DNA of 63,379 bases, counting the filler, from Intoshia linei (lineage: Eukaryota > Animalia > Orthonectida): the NCBI GenBank assembly GCA_001642005.1. It is 5 parts of 5 records of this genome, joined end to end, with 100 filler letters (N's around TTAATTAATTAA, not from the genome) between each part and the next. Parts side by side here need not be neighbours in the genome. Positions count along the whole stretch, not along the records: positions 1 to 25,683 come from LWCA01000491.1; 4 more parts are not named here. One strand, 5' to 3'. A program made the translations under genes and the position numbers. Numbering within the stretch: the stretch's first letter is position 1; each line of letters opens with the position of its first letter. The notes beneath the pieces were generated by a model, which saw nothing but the letters and a program-made list of their open reading frames with translations, had not been told where the DNA came from and searched no databases. Shown in pieces: positions 1 through 13,491 of this stretch.

Positions 1-189
1 GAATGATTTCTGTAAAAAATTTTTAGAGATTATGAATCTGCATAATTGCTTAAACGTACGTAATTCAATGGGTTGAGGATATATAATTCTTCAGAAGCAG
101 AATTTTCATCAGTATATGAACCAATTACTATACCTTGTTAATAATTTTGTTTATTATGATATTCTCTTGGTCTACATCATCATATAGAA

Positions 190-925
190 CAGTGGTTCCC
201 AAACTTTTTCCACCGTGAACCACTTGTAGAAAAAATGTATGTGAACCGCATAATTTTTTTTAAAAATCGTTTTAACCCTGAACATGACACTAATGTAACA
301 CTGGTATGTTTTTATTATATATTTCTTCTTAAAATTTAAATTAAATCAAAAATTTTACATTTATTTTGAAGTGGTAGCTGCTATGACGTAATTAAAAAAA
401 TATGTTTATTTTATTTCAAGTATATTATAAGTAATATAGTAAGTAAGTATTATAAGTATTCCTATATAATAAACAAACTATCAGTGTCAAACCTACTTTA
501 TTTGAGATTTGACGTTGGAGGGATCTCGAAGAAAATTTTTTAAAATGGAGGCATTTATTTGTTAAATTGAGCATTAAAAAAAATTTAAATTTAAAATGTC
601 AAACAAGAGTCTTAGAGATGTGGATAGAGTTATATATTACTACCATTCGTTTGCGAAATTTTTTAAAGTTTGGCTCTGGGATCTACTATTCAACTAATTT
701 AAGTCGTTAATTAGATTAAATTTAAGGCACGTGAAAATTATTAACGTTATTCCGTTTAACGTCCCCTTATTTTGATAAAATATTTACGTTCACTAATAAT
801 AAATGATCGATAATGAATAATATTCTAATTTAATTATATTGTCAAAGAAAGAGTATATTCATTTTATTTAAAATTTGTTTTGTGGACCATTTAGAATTTC
901 CTATGGACCACTTTTGAAGCCACTG
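190..925. mobile_element. Charlie/Buster-type hAT MITE (degenerate)
   Basis: Starts CAGTGGTTCCCAAAC (190) and ends TTTTGAAGCCACTG (925) as imperfect TIRs; no clean TSD. Confidence 0.55.
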
Positions 926-1149
926 ATTTCATGGATTCTTATTATTATTAACATATTATGGAACAATGAATATTATTTATATTTTGAATTTATTATTGTT
1001 CGTTATTAACATAGCTGGACAAATTTATATCAAATTTAGAATTATAAAAAGTTATAATAATATCACCCTAAACAGAATTCGACCCAATAATATTCCATTA
1101 ATTAACTTTTTTTAAAACAGGTTGCATAATCAATATCTGATTCTTCAAA

Positions 1150-1350
1150 AAATCCGAAGAAATTTTTAGATAAACCAATAAAAAGTGAATTAGACTTTTC
1201 TCTAGTCATAGACACATAAAATAAAACTGTTATTCTCTTCTTTTTTGTTTTACTACAAATATTACGATTTCAGAAGTGGCAAGAGTTTTGTTAGATTCAC
1301 GTTTATAGTATAATCCAGTTTTATCACAATTTCATACATTGTCTGGCTTT
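1150..1350 (-). pseudogene. pogo/Tigger DDE transposase fragment
   Basis: Minus-strand translation with stops/frameshift: NV*NCDKTGLYYK..NKTLA...KKRITVLFYVSMTREK..LFIGLSKN, matching the Tigger 'N.DETGL...KERITV...G.K..P' motifs. Confidence 0.7.
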
Positions 1351-2755
1351 TTTTCAGAAATTTTCTTTTTATTATATTAATTAAAAAAGAATTTTGAACG
1401 TTTTTAAAAAATACATTTAAAAAAAGTGATTTTTAGAATTGACTCGACTGACGTAGAAAATAGAAATTTTGGCTCATATAATACTTGTTATAATTTTAAT
1501 TAGTTGTAACAAAGTTTCTGTTTATATTTACGTAAGATTTTTTGTATAAACCCAGATTATCACATTGACAATCATTATTCCGTTTTGAATTTAGCTATTA
1601 TCACATTGGTTGTAATTATTATCATATCGATAGTGAAATGGTATAATCTGTAGTACAGATTATTCTCGATATTTTGACAAAAATAGTTGCAAAAAGTGCT
1701 CTAAATATCGTGAATAACTAATAGCGAAAAATACATTTAGATTTGAATTTTTATAAATAACATTTCTATAATATACATTTTTATTTTTATAACAAATTTT
1801 TTTACAATTCTCATGATTTATTTTTTGATTTTCATGTTAAAACGGCAAATTAAAATTAAATAAGAGTGTTCGATAGCAAACAGTTGCGGAAGCCTGATGT
1901 AAAACAAACAATTATTAACTGAAATCGAGATAAAATATTTATTTCTTAAACAATTTTTCTCTAAATCCCCTTAGCATTACTACATCTTCTATGCTAAAAT
2001 TATTCAACTCTGCAAAGTCTATACATTTTGATAATCCTTTAAAGGCTTCATTCACATTAATTACTTCAATGGTATTATCTTCCTCAAAAAGTTCATCAAC
2101 TTATTCATTGTTGTTAACGATTCTGACAATATCTTCATCGGTATATGCTTCATATTGAACAAACTTCACATAGCTAAATAATTATAACATTAAATATTAT
2201 CTATAATTAAATATGGTTCTTACATTTTAGAGATTAAAACCAATAATATATAATAATTAAATTTAACATACCTGTTTTCGAATGTAATGTCATCAAGGTT
2301 AATTTCAAAATTTGGTAGTAATTCTATAGGTTCCAACGATTTAATTATTGAGGATGGTTTAATATCGTTCCATGCGCTGTTTAATATAAAAATGGCTTTT
2401 TTGATATTGATTTTTTTGGTATTTATAGTATCAACAGGGGTATCGGTGTATATATTGTAATATAGTTTTTTTGCATATTTAGATTTCATAGAATGTAATG
2501 TGTTGATATATCGGCTGTAAAACCGACGTGGTATTCGGTGGTAAATATACGATTTTTATTAGCCCGTCTTCTGATTCTAAAGGATCATAAAATATGTGTG
2601 AAGGTGCATTATCCACAACCAACAATGCTGTTGCTGGTACATTTGACTTTTTTGAAAAATTCTTTACTGACTCAACCAAATCGTTTAAAAACCAGTTTTT
2701 AAATACTTCACGTGTCATCCATCCTTTACTTGATAATTGATATATTACTGAAAAC

Positions 2756-4097
2756 TAGGGCCACCAAAAATTGACAATTAAATTGACTATAACAAGACAA
2801 ACCAGTACATGAGTATAGCAAATTTTTTTAAACAATACAGTGTTGCCAGATCGTGTTCTTTTCACTTGTAAATTTTAATTTTTTTATTGGTGCAATAAAA
2901 TTAAATAAATTATGATCAGGACAAATAAAAGTTGTACTATTTATTAGGGTAATAAAAATTAATTATATTATCTCATTGCATTAAAAAAATAGTGAAGAAT
3001 ATTTTTAACTAACTAACATGTTAGCTTTTTACGATCTTGCAACCAGTAATCAACTAAATGTGCTTGCTAGGAAAAAGCAAGTTGCTAGTATCCATCTCGA
3101 TATGCAATTAACCTAGACCAGTGGTTCTCAACCCGTGTTCCGCAAAATTTAATTGTGGTTCCGTGAAATATAAATGCTATATTTTTCAATTAAAAGTTTT
3201 TTAAAATAAATAAATTAAAGTTTCTAAATTAATAAAACCAAAAATCATATTTTGATATGCTTTTTTAAATAGGATCAGTCAACTTAATTAAAATACTTTT
3301 TGTGTTAATTTTAAATTATTTTTTTTTGAATTTAAAAATATTTATTCTAAGCCAGTTTGTCTGATTTTCTATAATTTAATTCTGCATTTTAATATATTCA
3401 GTACTTATTTTGATCAAAACAAGTCATAAAATGGATTAATGTTATATTAGTGGTTTTTATCATTAGGTATCAACTATGAAAGATCCAAATTATAATCTTA
3501 CTTGCATTGACAGCAATTAAGCATAAGAAACGGGCAAAGCTGCTGTCGGTAGAAGAACTTCGTGTATGTCTATCAAAAACACGTACAAGAATTAATAACC
3601 TCGGTAAAAAATATCAGGCTTAAATTTCTTATTCAAAAGGAAAAATAAATTTCTTTATTAAAAAATTTATGTTTTTAATATTAGAAGCGTAATTTTTTAA
3701 TTAAAAATCAAATTGTTTTATATATGCGACATGCGAAAAAAAATTTTGATCATGCTTTTAGGCGCCGCGATTTTTTGAAATTTCATAAGGAGTCCGCACA
3801 GTAAAAAAGGTTGAGAAACACTGACCTAGACGATTGACTTGTAACTAACTAGAGATGATTGCCATAAATGTTTTAATTCTGCTACATTTTTTGCATTATA
3901 AATAGGAGCAGCTTCACAAACATTTTACGACCTAGTGTATTCAATTTTATGCCTATTCAAATTAAATTGAAATTCACATAAATTATACAATTTAAACATT
4001 CCATTTAAACAAATATAGCCAGTGATTACAAGTCAAAATGCTTTATATTGCTAAAAAATTCTCAATTTAGCTATGATAATTGATACTGTTCACCCTA
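2756..4097. mobile_element. TAGGG-ended hAT-like insertion splitting the Tigger transposase
   Basis: TAGGG...CCCTA termini with imperfect 8-bp TSD CTGAAAAC/CTGGCAAC. Removing it rejoins KLPV|IYQLSSKGWMT of the transposase. Confidence 0.7.
3119..3823 (+). mobile_element. Buster/Charlie hAT non-autonomous element
   Basis: TIR CAGTGGTTCTCAACC / GGTTGAGAAACACTG and perfect 8-bp TSD ACCTAGAC. Internal C-terminal transposase remnant ALTAIKHKKRAKLLSVEELRVCLSK..RIN.L.KKYQA. Confidence 0.9.
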
Positions 4098-4943
4098 CTG
4101 GCAACTTTATATTCTTGATAGAACGCGGGTTTTTGGCTTTTCCTAATACTAATAATTTTAATTTATTAGACCCATCACTATTACTGCATGCCATTGCAGT
4201 TAATCTGATCTTGTCAGATTTGGTTCATTTGAATGGGTTAATGAGCTTCTATCTAGTTTCTTCCAATAGAATGCTGTTTCATCAGCATTATAAATCTGAG
4301 AATCGTTTAAACATATTTCAATGGATAGTTTTAAAATTTTTTCTTTAAATGTTTCGATCCCACTCATGTCCGCCGACAATGAGTCCCCGGAACATTTCCT
4401 TAATATTATACCATGTCTTCTTTTAAATTTGTATAACCACCATACACTAGCATTAAATGCTGCGGTAGATGGATAAAAGGTATTTTTGAAATGTTGGGCC
4501 TTTTCTGTTATTATTAAATCATTAGTAGGTATGGATCTACATCTATGTTCTATAAACCAATAGAATTATCCCTCTTCTATTTTAGGATATAAGGATTTTC
4601 TAAAATTTTTGCGTACTTTAAAATTTACATAAGACATTTTAGAAGAATTAATCAATTTGTCTTTATTTTTTTTTATGTAATAAATAGTACTCCTTGATAC
4701 TTCATATTTATTAGATAATTCAGATGGTTTAATTCCACTATTAATATCATTTAAAATTTTCAGTTTTTGTGATATATTTAAATACATTATGGACAAAATT
4801 AAATGATAATAACTTTTTTACAAATTATAAAGAAAAATAAACTTCAGATTTTGTCTAAATATCGTGAATAATTGGACATTTTGTCAAAATATCGAGAATA
4901 ACCTGTATTGTGTTTTTGTGATAGAATTTTTATTAAAAAATTG

Positions 4944-5477
4944 AAATTAGGTTCATTATGTATAATGAGTTTTTATAATAACGTAGAATGTTTGATTGAT
5001 ATTGTGCAGTTCGTTTAAGGCTTCCTAAATATGATGATATTGCAATTAATGAAATGTTTTTAGACATTGATATTATGTGCAAGAGCCATGTGATTTAAAA
5101 TTTTGAAGCGTTAAAGACATCATTGTGAAAACGATGAAGAATTCACGCTTATATTAACCAAACAGTTTATACAGTTTTTGTATACTGTGTAACAATTTTG
5201 TTATTTTTCAATGGGAATTAACTACTGTAATATAATATTTTTATTTAAAAATTGAAATGTAAATTAGGTTTATTATGCATAATGTGTTTTCGTAAATACG
5301 TAGGATGTTTGACTGATATTGTGCAGTTCGTTTAAAGCTTCCTAAATATGATGATATTGCAATTAATGAAATGTTTTTAGACATTGATGATTATGTGCAA
5401 GAGCCATGTGATTTAAAATTTTAAAGCGTTAATGACATCATTGTGAAACGATGAAGAATTCACGCTTATATTAAGCA
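4944..5477 (+). repeat. Tandem duplication of a ~215-bp unit (period ~320 bp)
   Basis: 4944-5158 and 5261-5477 are near-identical. One frame reads LPKYDDIAINEMFLDIDDYVQEPCDL, possibly an acidic transposase tail. Confidence 0.8.
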
Positions 5478-5679
5478 CAGTTTTTACAATTATTTTAATT
5501 AATTACTGTAACAGTACACACCAGAGATTGGAATTAATTGCTTTATGAAAAATAATTCCAATAAATTGGTTTTTTGAAATATAAAAAAATTTTAATTAAT
5601 TGTAAGAATTCGAACTTATATAAATGTATATAATAGCCGCGCTGCATAATCATTGTCTTAACAGTATAAGAAATACCAC

Positions 5680-8600
5680 TTTATTGATTTCGCCACCAAC
5701 TATTATACCTGACACTGACTGAGCTATGGAAAGGCCGGAAAGTGCATAGCATGTGTGATGAAAGTCGCACATTCTAATTAAAATCATACAAAATATTAAA
5801 AATGATTACTTTCCAGGTATGTCTTTAAAACCACCGTTCTTATCTTGACTACAACAAAGTATATATTCTTGTGATGCTCCTTAAAAATAGTTAAAAGTAA
5901 ATTAAAAACTATGAACCAGCATCCATAATGCAATGTTGATACGTATGATCTTCATCTTAATTATGAATTATAATTTTAGTCATTAAATTCCAGAATTACC
6001 CAAAAATCTTTGAATTATTCTAAAAATGGATCCGACCCAAAACGAATAACATGAATCGACTAATTTGTTGGTTCTACCTTGAAATCCACCTTCCTTGTAC
6101 ATTTGACGAAATGTAGCCCATTTCTAATTAATTTAACTTGAATTCATTATATTAATTCATACTATTAGATTATCTAAATTGCATTTTTCTGCGCGCTCCA
6201 AAAGAGTCAGGGAAGCTAAGGAACAAAATGTATACCCTCCATGTGCGACTCCACCTGGAAATCCAGAATATCCACCTTCGTAGGTTTGACAGCTAAAATA
6301 ATACGTTATATTTCATAATTCAAGAAAAATTACCTTGTAATCCAATTTATTACGGATTCATCGAATAAATCTCCAGTTTCAATATTTAAAAGTTTACAAA
6401 CTGATATAGCACAGTATCCGGCTCTAAAATATTAATGAATTATTTTTCTCATGATACAATGAGATGTTAAAACATGTTTCAATAATATAAAACTAGTTCA
6501 CATGAATGATTAATGATTCGAATGCGAGAGATGCATATGCTAAAGAATCAAAGGTCAAAGGTGTCATTAATACACTTTTACAAAAAGTTATTAGTATTGT
6601 TATCTTTCTATTAACATTGATTAACATTATCTACTCAAAATTATATTTCTAATATATAATGGGGTGCGTAAAAAAAATAACAGCTCAAAGGGTATGAGAA
6701 AATATTAGTTAAAATAACATGCACTGGTAATTGAATCTACTGAAGGATATTTTAGCTGTTAATACATTTTGAAATTGAATAAAAAATGTATGAATTTTAT
6801 TATAACTACAATAATAAAAAATTTCGAAAAGAATGAATAAGCGTTAACTTTTTAGTTGAATTTTAGAAATTGATAAAATATATGACCGTGTACTAATAGT
6901 AATATCCTATAAATCACATCTATAATTTTTTTAATATAATGATAAAAAGTCCGGCCACCTTTCACATTGAAAAATCACTAATTTTATAATATACGATGGT
7001 TTATTAATTGTATTATAGTTAGAGCATTCACCCATGTGGAACATATTTATGTTCTATTCACCCCCAATAAAACAATTATTATGACATGTCATAATTGTGT
7101 AGAAATACACAATTTGCATTATAAGATTAATTAAATTTGAGTACACAACGTCTTCACGTGATCACATCATTTTAAATTTTCATTGTTTGTTTTATGAATA
7201 ATGAATGGTATTTTCATGAAAGTAAACATTTAACTCTACGTTGTAGATACCACTAGCATTCAGAAATAAAAAATACAGTAATTGTGATTGCTATAATTTA
7301 TTTATTTATTGATATATATTAATTAGATGAGCAACTTTAAAAAAAATTTGGTTGAACTGAATGTATAAAAGTTAAGTCAATTTCGTACACAAAATATCTA
7401 AATTTGATCTTTTCTTTTGGAATCAGATAGAGATTTCTATATAAAATTTTGATAAAATTGGATTTTTCAAAAAAATATTAGTAAAAAGGGATTTTTTCCT
7501 TAAGGATTGGTAAAATTTTGGTTTTTTCACATATTTGATTAAATTAAATAAAATATAATAAAAATTTATGAATTCACCCAATCATCCAAAATTTTAGTAT
7601 TTTAGTATTGCACAGTCACCCCATGAGAAGCACTGGACTAGTTAGTCGTCAATATACACGACATAGGATACATTATACCAGTGTTTCCAAAATGCTACTC
7701 CGTGGAGTAGTACAGTTCCGTGAAAATTATTTACCGGTTCGCGAAATAATTGTGAAAAGTTTTTTACTATTTAGAAGTCAATTTATTACGTTTTTTATCA
7801 AATTTTTTTTCAATTTCGCTTTAATGGTGCGCGATAAATATTACAAATATTCCGCTGTGAAAAAAGGCGGAACCCCTGCATTATACCAAATTTAAAAATA
7901 AAAATAAAACAATTAAAATAAATTAAATTTAAAGGTTTTAAAAATTATTTTTATAATAACTAATTTGCTTGGGGTGGCCGGAATTTTGCAAAATTTAAGC
8001 TTAAAAAACTATACCACGACTCTTAAATGTATATTTCTCACCCTGTATTTTTGATTTAAAAAAAAGCTAACACCCTAATGAATATACTGTTATTCGACTT
8101 CTGACTGTTTTTTACTTCGGTCATTTTGTTTGTACAAACAGCAACTAACTCTACCGGAAGGTGGACTTATTTAAGTTTACTTAAAAATGCTATATTTTCA
8201 AAAGGAATATTTCCCAAACGAAGACAATCGTTAAATTCTAGCACCATTCAATTATATTAAATATATACTTTTTATTTTATTATATTTTTGTGTTAATTAA
8301 ATAATTACCAAAAAAGGTAAACTAAATTGCTGTTTGTATTGTAAACCAAACTTATTCAACATGAATCTTTAACTTTTTTATATATTCTAACATGAAAAAT
8401 ATGTATGAAATTCTGGGACTTACATTTTATAAAATAATGACAATAAATACATAACATTGGTTTTTTTATAAGTTATTATGTACTACATAATTAACACAAG
8501 GGTGGCGAATTTGTGGTTTTACCATGAAGATATACATTTTTATTAAATTCCAGATTGTATTTGATTTTTCAAAAAAGAATAATTGGGGTTTTTTAATCTA

Positions 8601-10744
8601 AAAGACTCAATTTCTGAAACCAAATTTCCAATAAAATCTAATCCTGGAACAACTTAAAAATTGATCCTTTTAAAATTCCACATCTCTACAAAATTTATGT
8701 AAAAACTACACATTTATGCAAAAAATTCAAAATTTGAAAAAGATTTTTGAGTAGAAACTAGTCACTAGTGTTATTGACGTTCATTCTCTTGAGCAATGTT
8801 TCAACAGAAGATAAACGATTCTAGATTATTCAAAAATAATATCCAGAACGATCTGAAAATTCAGGATTATAATGAGTCATGTAGTATAAAATGTTTAAAA
8901 GTTGAAAAAATAAATAATTTACTCAAAGGGCCACCAAAATTATTATGTGGGCCACTGATTGCCGATCCGTGCACTACATAATAGTTTGATTCTCGCAAAA
9001 ACAGTTCAACCAGAACAATACGTTTATAAAATATGACTTAATATTTAGTAAATCTAGGGTGGGGCATCCCTATAGTAGTAAAAATGTCGCTCTAATAAGA
9101 ATTATTATGGAGTTTTGAACATTTCAGTTGATACTGAAAAAGTTATAATTTAATATTTTTTAATATCAAAAAAATAAGTTTGGACTCTATTTTTGTGATA
9201 GTCGTCACTTGATAATCGCTTCGTCAAAAGTTTTGCACCTCTTAGCATTCTGAATACTAAAATGTCTTCAAGTAACATTTTTCATAACCCCATATCTCTG
9301 ACGGCAATGATACGTTCACTTAAAACTCGAAATATGAAATTGATCCGTTGACACCTCTATTTGATTCAATTATATAGGGTTTGAATATCTCATTTTGGTC
9401 CTTTATCTACTGTCAATCTAATATTAGCTGATATCAATATAATGTGATTGGAAAGAAAAATTTTCGTAAATTTCAATTAAATATTTTTTCATCCTCAAAT
9501 TATGGATTACATTTTTTATTCAAAGAAATGGTTTTTTCATTTAATTTTTTTTAACTTTAACAAAATGTTTCTTTGCAATTATCTGAAATCGCGTAATTAA
9601 AAATATGGATCCATCTGAAATTTCTAAAATTGCAACTTACAACTGTTATTCAAGCTAGGATTTTAATATTTAATACCAAACGCAGTAAAGATATATTTCA
9701 GAATTACCTAGTATCTCTTTCGCCATAATATGTCATTTTAAACGAACCATCCTCTGTTTTGCATTCTTTTATAAATTTTAATAAAGCTTCTCTATCAATA
9801 GAATCAAGGGCTTCTTTTATACCCAAAGATGCTAATGCATTTACAGCAGCATAAGTTGAAGCAAGATGAGGAAATTCTCCTGGGCCGCCTATAAAGAATA
9901 TAAAATAATATTAAAATTTGACCAGCATATCCTCCAACATCACATTTAAAGCATTTTAGTTTTTCCACAAACCTAAATGAATGCATGCTATTTTCAAGAT
10001 ATTTTTAAAATTAACAATACACTAAAAGGGTTAAAACTCGCTATAAACTTTTTAGTGGTATCATTATAACTGTTACTGGCTATATCCATAACCTCATTGT
10101 ATTGCAATGTGACCACAGATCACTAACCGCTTATTGTGTATATTTAAACAATACATTTAAAATAATGTATATTAATATTATATCTAGCCTTATTTATGTT
10201 ACTGGGTTAACCTTGACGAATTATTAAAAAAATTACTCCAATTTCATTTGATAATCCATACTATACCCCAAAATATTTAAGCTGTGTATAAGCCAATAAT
10301 GAATCCATGTTTGATTCGAATGAAGTGTCTAAAAATATAAATCACGTTACTTGATTTTAAAATTGAAATGTTACTTGGCATCCTTCCAAGTTTTTACAAT
10401 GAGAGAGTATATACGAAATGTGTGTAGCTCGAAAAAGTTTCAAATTGCTAAGTAAAATTACATTATAAATTTAATCAAAATGCACAAACCTGGCATCAGA
10501 ATCGTTTAAAAAGTTTTTATATTGAAATAAAACATTTTTTTCAGAAGATGCCTAAAAAATAAATAAAATCTAATAATTTTAATAGCCAGCCATAAATTAT
10601 GGCTCATGTTGCACACTAAATTTACTACATAACAAATCGACATTGTACACAAGTTTTTAAATTAACCTGCATTATTGAAGTTTCTGTTTCAATTTTTTTT
10701 CTAAACAGATACTTGCTGATTTCATGATTTGCGTATCTGTCCAT
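5680..10744 (-). CDS. FNTB: Protein farnesyltransferase subunit beta (multi-exon; last exon near 5500-5545 uncertain)
   Basis: Spliced exons read: MDRY..ETSIMQ; NQTWIHYWLIHSL; GGPGEFPHLASTYAAVNAL; DGSF..GERDTRAGYC; CQTYEGG..AHGGYTFC; RQMYKEGGFQGRTNKLVDSCYSFW; QEYILCCSQ..GGFKDIPGK; DFHHTCYALSGLSIAQ. Mostly micro-introns plus one ~3.3-kb intron (6424-9707). Confidence 0.93.
7679..7878. mobile_element. 200-bp hAT MITE in FNTB intron
   Basis: CAGTGTTTCC...GGAACCCCTG termini; perfect 8-bp TSD CATTATAC. Confidence 0.85.
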
Positions 10745-11328
10745 CTTGTAGAGTTGTATTAGAAATTGTTTAAATTAAATTTTAACGGTTAAGACTTAAC
10801 TTAAGTATATTGAAAAATAGACCAATTTAATCATAAATTTACTTATATTAGTAACGCGGATATTCTCATCGATTTCTATGCTGAAATATCTATACTTTAT
10901 TATTTTAACGGATTACTTTAGTAGATTTATCTCGTTTATAATTAGTGATTAATTAGTAGTTACATATTTTTACAATATTCGGGATATTAATGACTTGAAT
11001 TGTCATCAAATTTTTAATGAAACATTTTTTGTAAATTTTTTGCAGTGTCTACTGTAGTTCATATAGTACATGTAATTATTTTTGATGAATGCTTTCGATT
11101 TTTAAATTTTGTCAACATTTTATGAAAAAGATAAAAATATCAATTTGTTACAGTAAGGAATCAAGAATGAGTTTATGGATATCTGTATATATTGAGATAT
11201 TAACCCTTATTGTTTGTCACAAACCCAAACTCTTGATAACACATTGTGTACATTTGATCAAGATAATAAACATACATTTCAAAATAAAAAGTTTGTTATA
11301 GTTATACATTTGAAAAACTACAAGAGAG
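10745..11328. promoter_or_regulatory. Putative bidirectional promoter between FNTB and WAVE
   Basis: Divergent ATGs at 10744 (-) and 11329 (+), 584 nt apart; no individual motif identified. Confidence 0.45.
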
Positions 11329-13491
11329 ATGCCTCTGATACGACGAGTTATCGAACCTGTTAAAATATACCAATCTAATAAAAATTTATCATCTTCAAAG
11401 GAAAAAATTGATGGCGCGGGTACTCAATCTGAAGAACTTGAATCTGTAGCTAATACTGGGTTTTGTAATATCATGAGACAATTGGCTTCTTTTTGCGAGA
11501 AAACTGAAGGAGGTAGAAATTGCGTTTTCATTTTATTTCATTATAATTAGTATTTTCTGAATTATGTCAAAGTATCAATCAAATTTCCACCAAAATAGAT
11601 AAATTAACAAAAAGATCGTCTAATTTATCCTTTATAATTAGCAATTTGGATCCTAGTTATGAAAAAAGTAATATTATTTGAATTCTTAATTAATTTTTCT
11701 AAAATTTTTTATTTTATTAGTATCGATCGAAGATATAAATAGTCACACTCCATATAGAAGTGATTTACATAGAATTTTCATGATAGTTACACCCGAAACT
11801 AGAACCCAATCTATTAAACAATTATATTCCAATTGTTTCGATTTACCTCAACTTTTTAAACTCGATCAGTACCGAACTGATGGAGTTAAATCCATGTCCC
11901 TTTACTCTGATCCAAATTATTTCGCTGCTCTTTTATTCACTAAATTGAGTAAAAGTAAGGAAGAACATAAGAAAAAAAAGAAAAAGGTTTTTTGTTTTAT
12001 AACATCATTTTTTTCATTGTGTCTTAAAATTTTACATGATTTGTATTATGGCTTATAAATTATTATATTGAGTACTCATTTCAGAGTAAAGACATTTATC
12101 AAACTCTTTCGAGACGAAAAGTTTCGGATGTTAGCGAAATTCAAACCAATAAAGATAAATACAAAAAAATGGAATCTGTCAATGTGAAATATAAAGAATA
12201 TTTTACCAAAGACAAGTATATTTATTTTTATTTTAAAATTTAAATAATTCTATTTTAGATTGTCCAGTGTACCAGAAGTTTTACCTCAACAGCATATGGT
12301 ATACATTTTTATACGATATTGTCTTTTGATGTCAGTACAGTGTGGCTCATTTTACGAAAGTCCAAGTTTCGATTTGATCACCCATTTTTCGAACAATTTA
12401 TAAATATCATTTAAATTAATAATAATGATACGTACTTTGAATAAACCCCATTTTGGAGTATATTTTGACTATAATTATTCGTGTTTTTATAATACCCATT
12501 TGACCATTTTTATTGTCGAAACATTTTTTTCACCTTACACTTTTCACTTTTCCAAACATTTTATTAATTTATAATTAAACAAAATTATACTATTTCGGTT
12601 CATTGGTTTTTAAATAATTTTAAATAAACATCCAATCTAATTAACTTTTTAGAGTGTTTTAAAGTTGAACACAATTATGTATACTTTGTTTTAATTTTAC
12701 ATTCTTAGCCTGCTAAAACTTTCGATAAAATCGAAATGGAATTTGGTATTGATGATTGCAATTACGATGATCCATTTATTGCATCAGATTGTAATGAGCC
12801 TGAATTAAATTCGTTTAACGATCATATTGAAAATATTCCTGTACCAGATGCTGACGTTTATCAAAGTGATTCTATTACAGACCCACAATTCCTACCGCCA
12901 TTCGAAACTCCCATGGACCAATATGGGCTCGCCGATGATGATGTTAACTATGACGACGATTTTCCAGGACTACCTTGTCCAATGGATAATTCTTCAATTT
13001 CACAACAGCCTATAGACAATATTGATTCTTCATTCCCTCTTCCGTGCCTCGATTCATCAGTGAATAATGAAACATATGTAGAATCATTTATACCGTCATC
13101 TATTCCTGATATTAGCCCACCACCAGTAATGCCACCAAGTGTGCCATCGTGTCTGGTTGTGGCACCACCAGTTTGTATTGCACCACCACCTCCAATTTCC
13201 GTTTCTTCTACAATTGCTAACAGTACCTTATCTTTTGATAAGTGCGGTACAATGACTTCTAATACTTCTACAACTGATATACCACCAGTTTCTAACGATC
13301 GTAGCAACTTTTTGTTGGCTATTCACAAGGGAATGAATCTACGGAATGTATCTACGTCGTCCGGTACATCAAAAAACAAAGACACTAATGATGTTCAGTC
13401 TATGTTGGAAAATGCTTTTGAACTTAGACGTCAACAAATGGAATACGGGTCAGATGACGGTTCAAGTGACAATTCTTGGAGCACAAATTAA
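11329..13491 (+). CDS. WASF: WAVE/SCAR family actin nucleation-promoting factor; exons 11329-11512, 11551-11667, 11721-11986, 12085-12215, 12259-12298, 12709-13491
   Basis: WHD (MPLIRRVIEP..ELESVAN..IMRQLAS..VFSEL..SLYSDPNYF), basic region, Pro-rich region, WH2 (DRSNFLLAIHKGMNLRNV), central (NDVQSML..RRQQMEY) and acidic tail with Trp. Exon phases are consistent. Confidence 0.93.

Larger units (their letters stand above)
1656..4905 (-). mobile_element. pogo/Tigger (jerky/CENP-B-like) transposon, interrupted and decayed
   Basis: ~27-bp TIRs CAG(A/G)TTATTCTCGATATTTTGACAAAA at 1656 and 4905, flanked by TA. Transposase pieces: HTH (4566-4796), VLGKAKNPRS..LPV (~4100-4150), GWMTREVF..VDNAPSH..LPPNTTSVLQP (2479-2750). 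Confidence 0.9.

Noticed and set aside
5028-5150. Possible C/D snoRNA pair or 5.8S-like CGATGAAGAA in the tandem duplication
   Set aside because: No properly placed CTGA D box, terminal stem or long rRNA complement; better explained as a duplicated TE remnant.
7608-7895. 95-aa ORF
   Set aside because: Coincides with a TSD-flanked 200-bp MITE.
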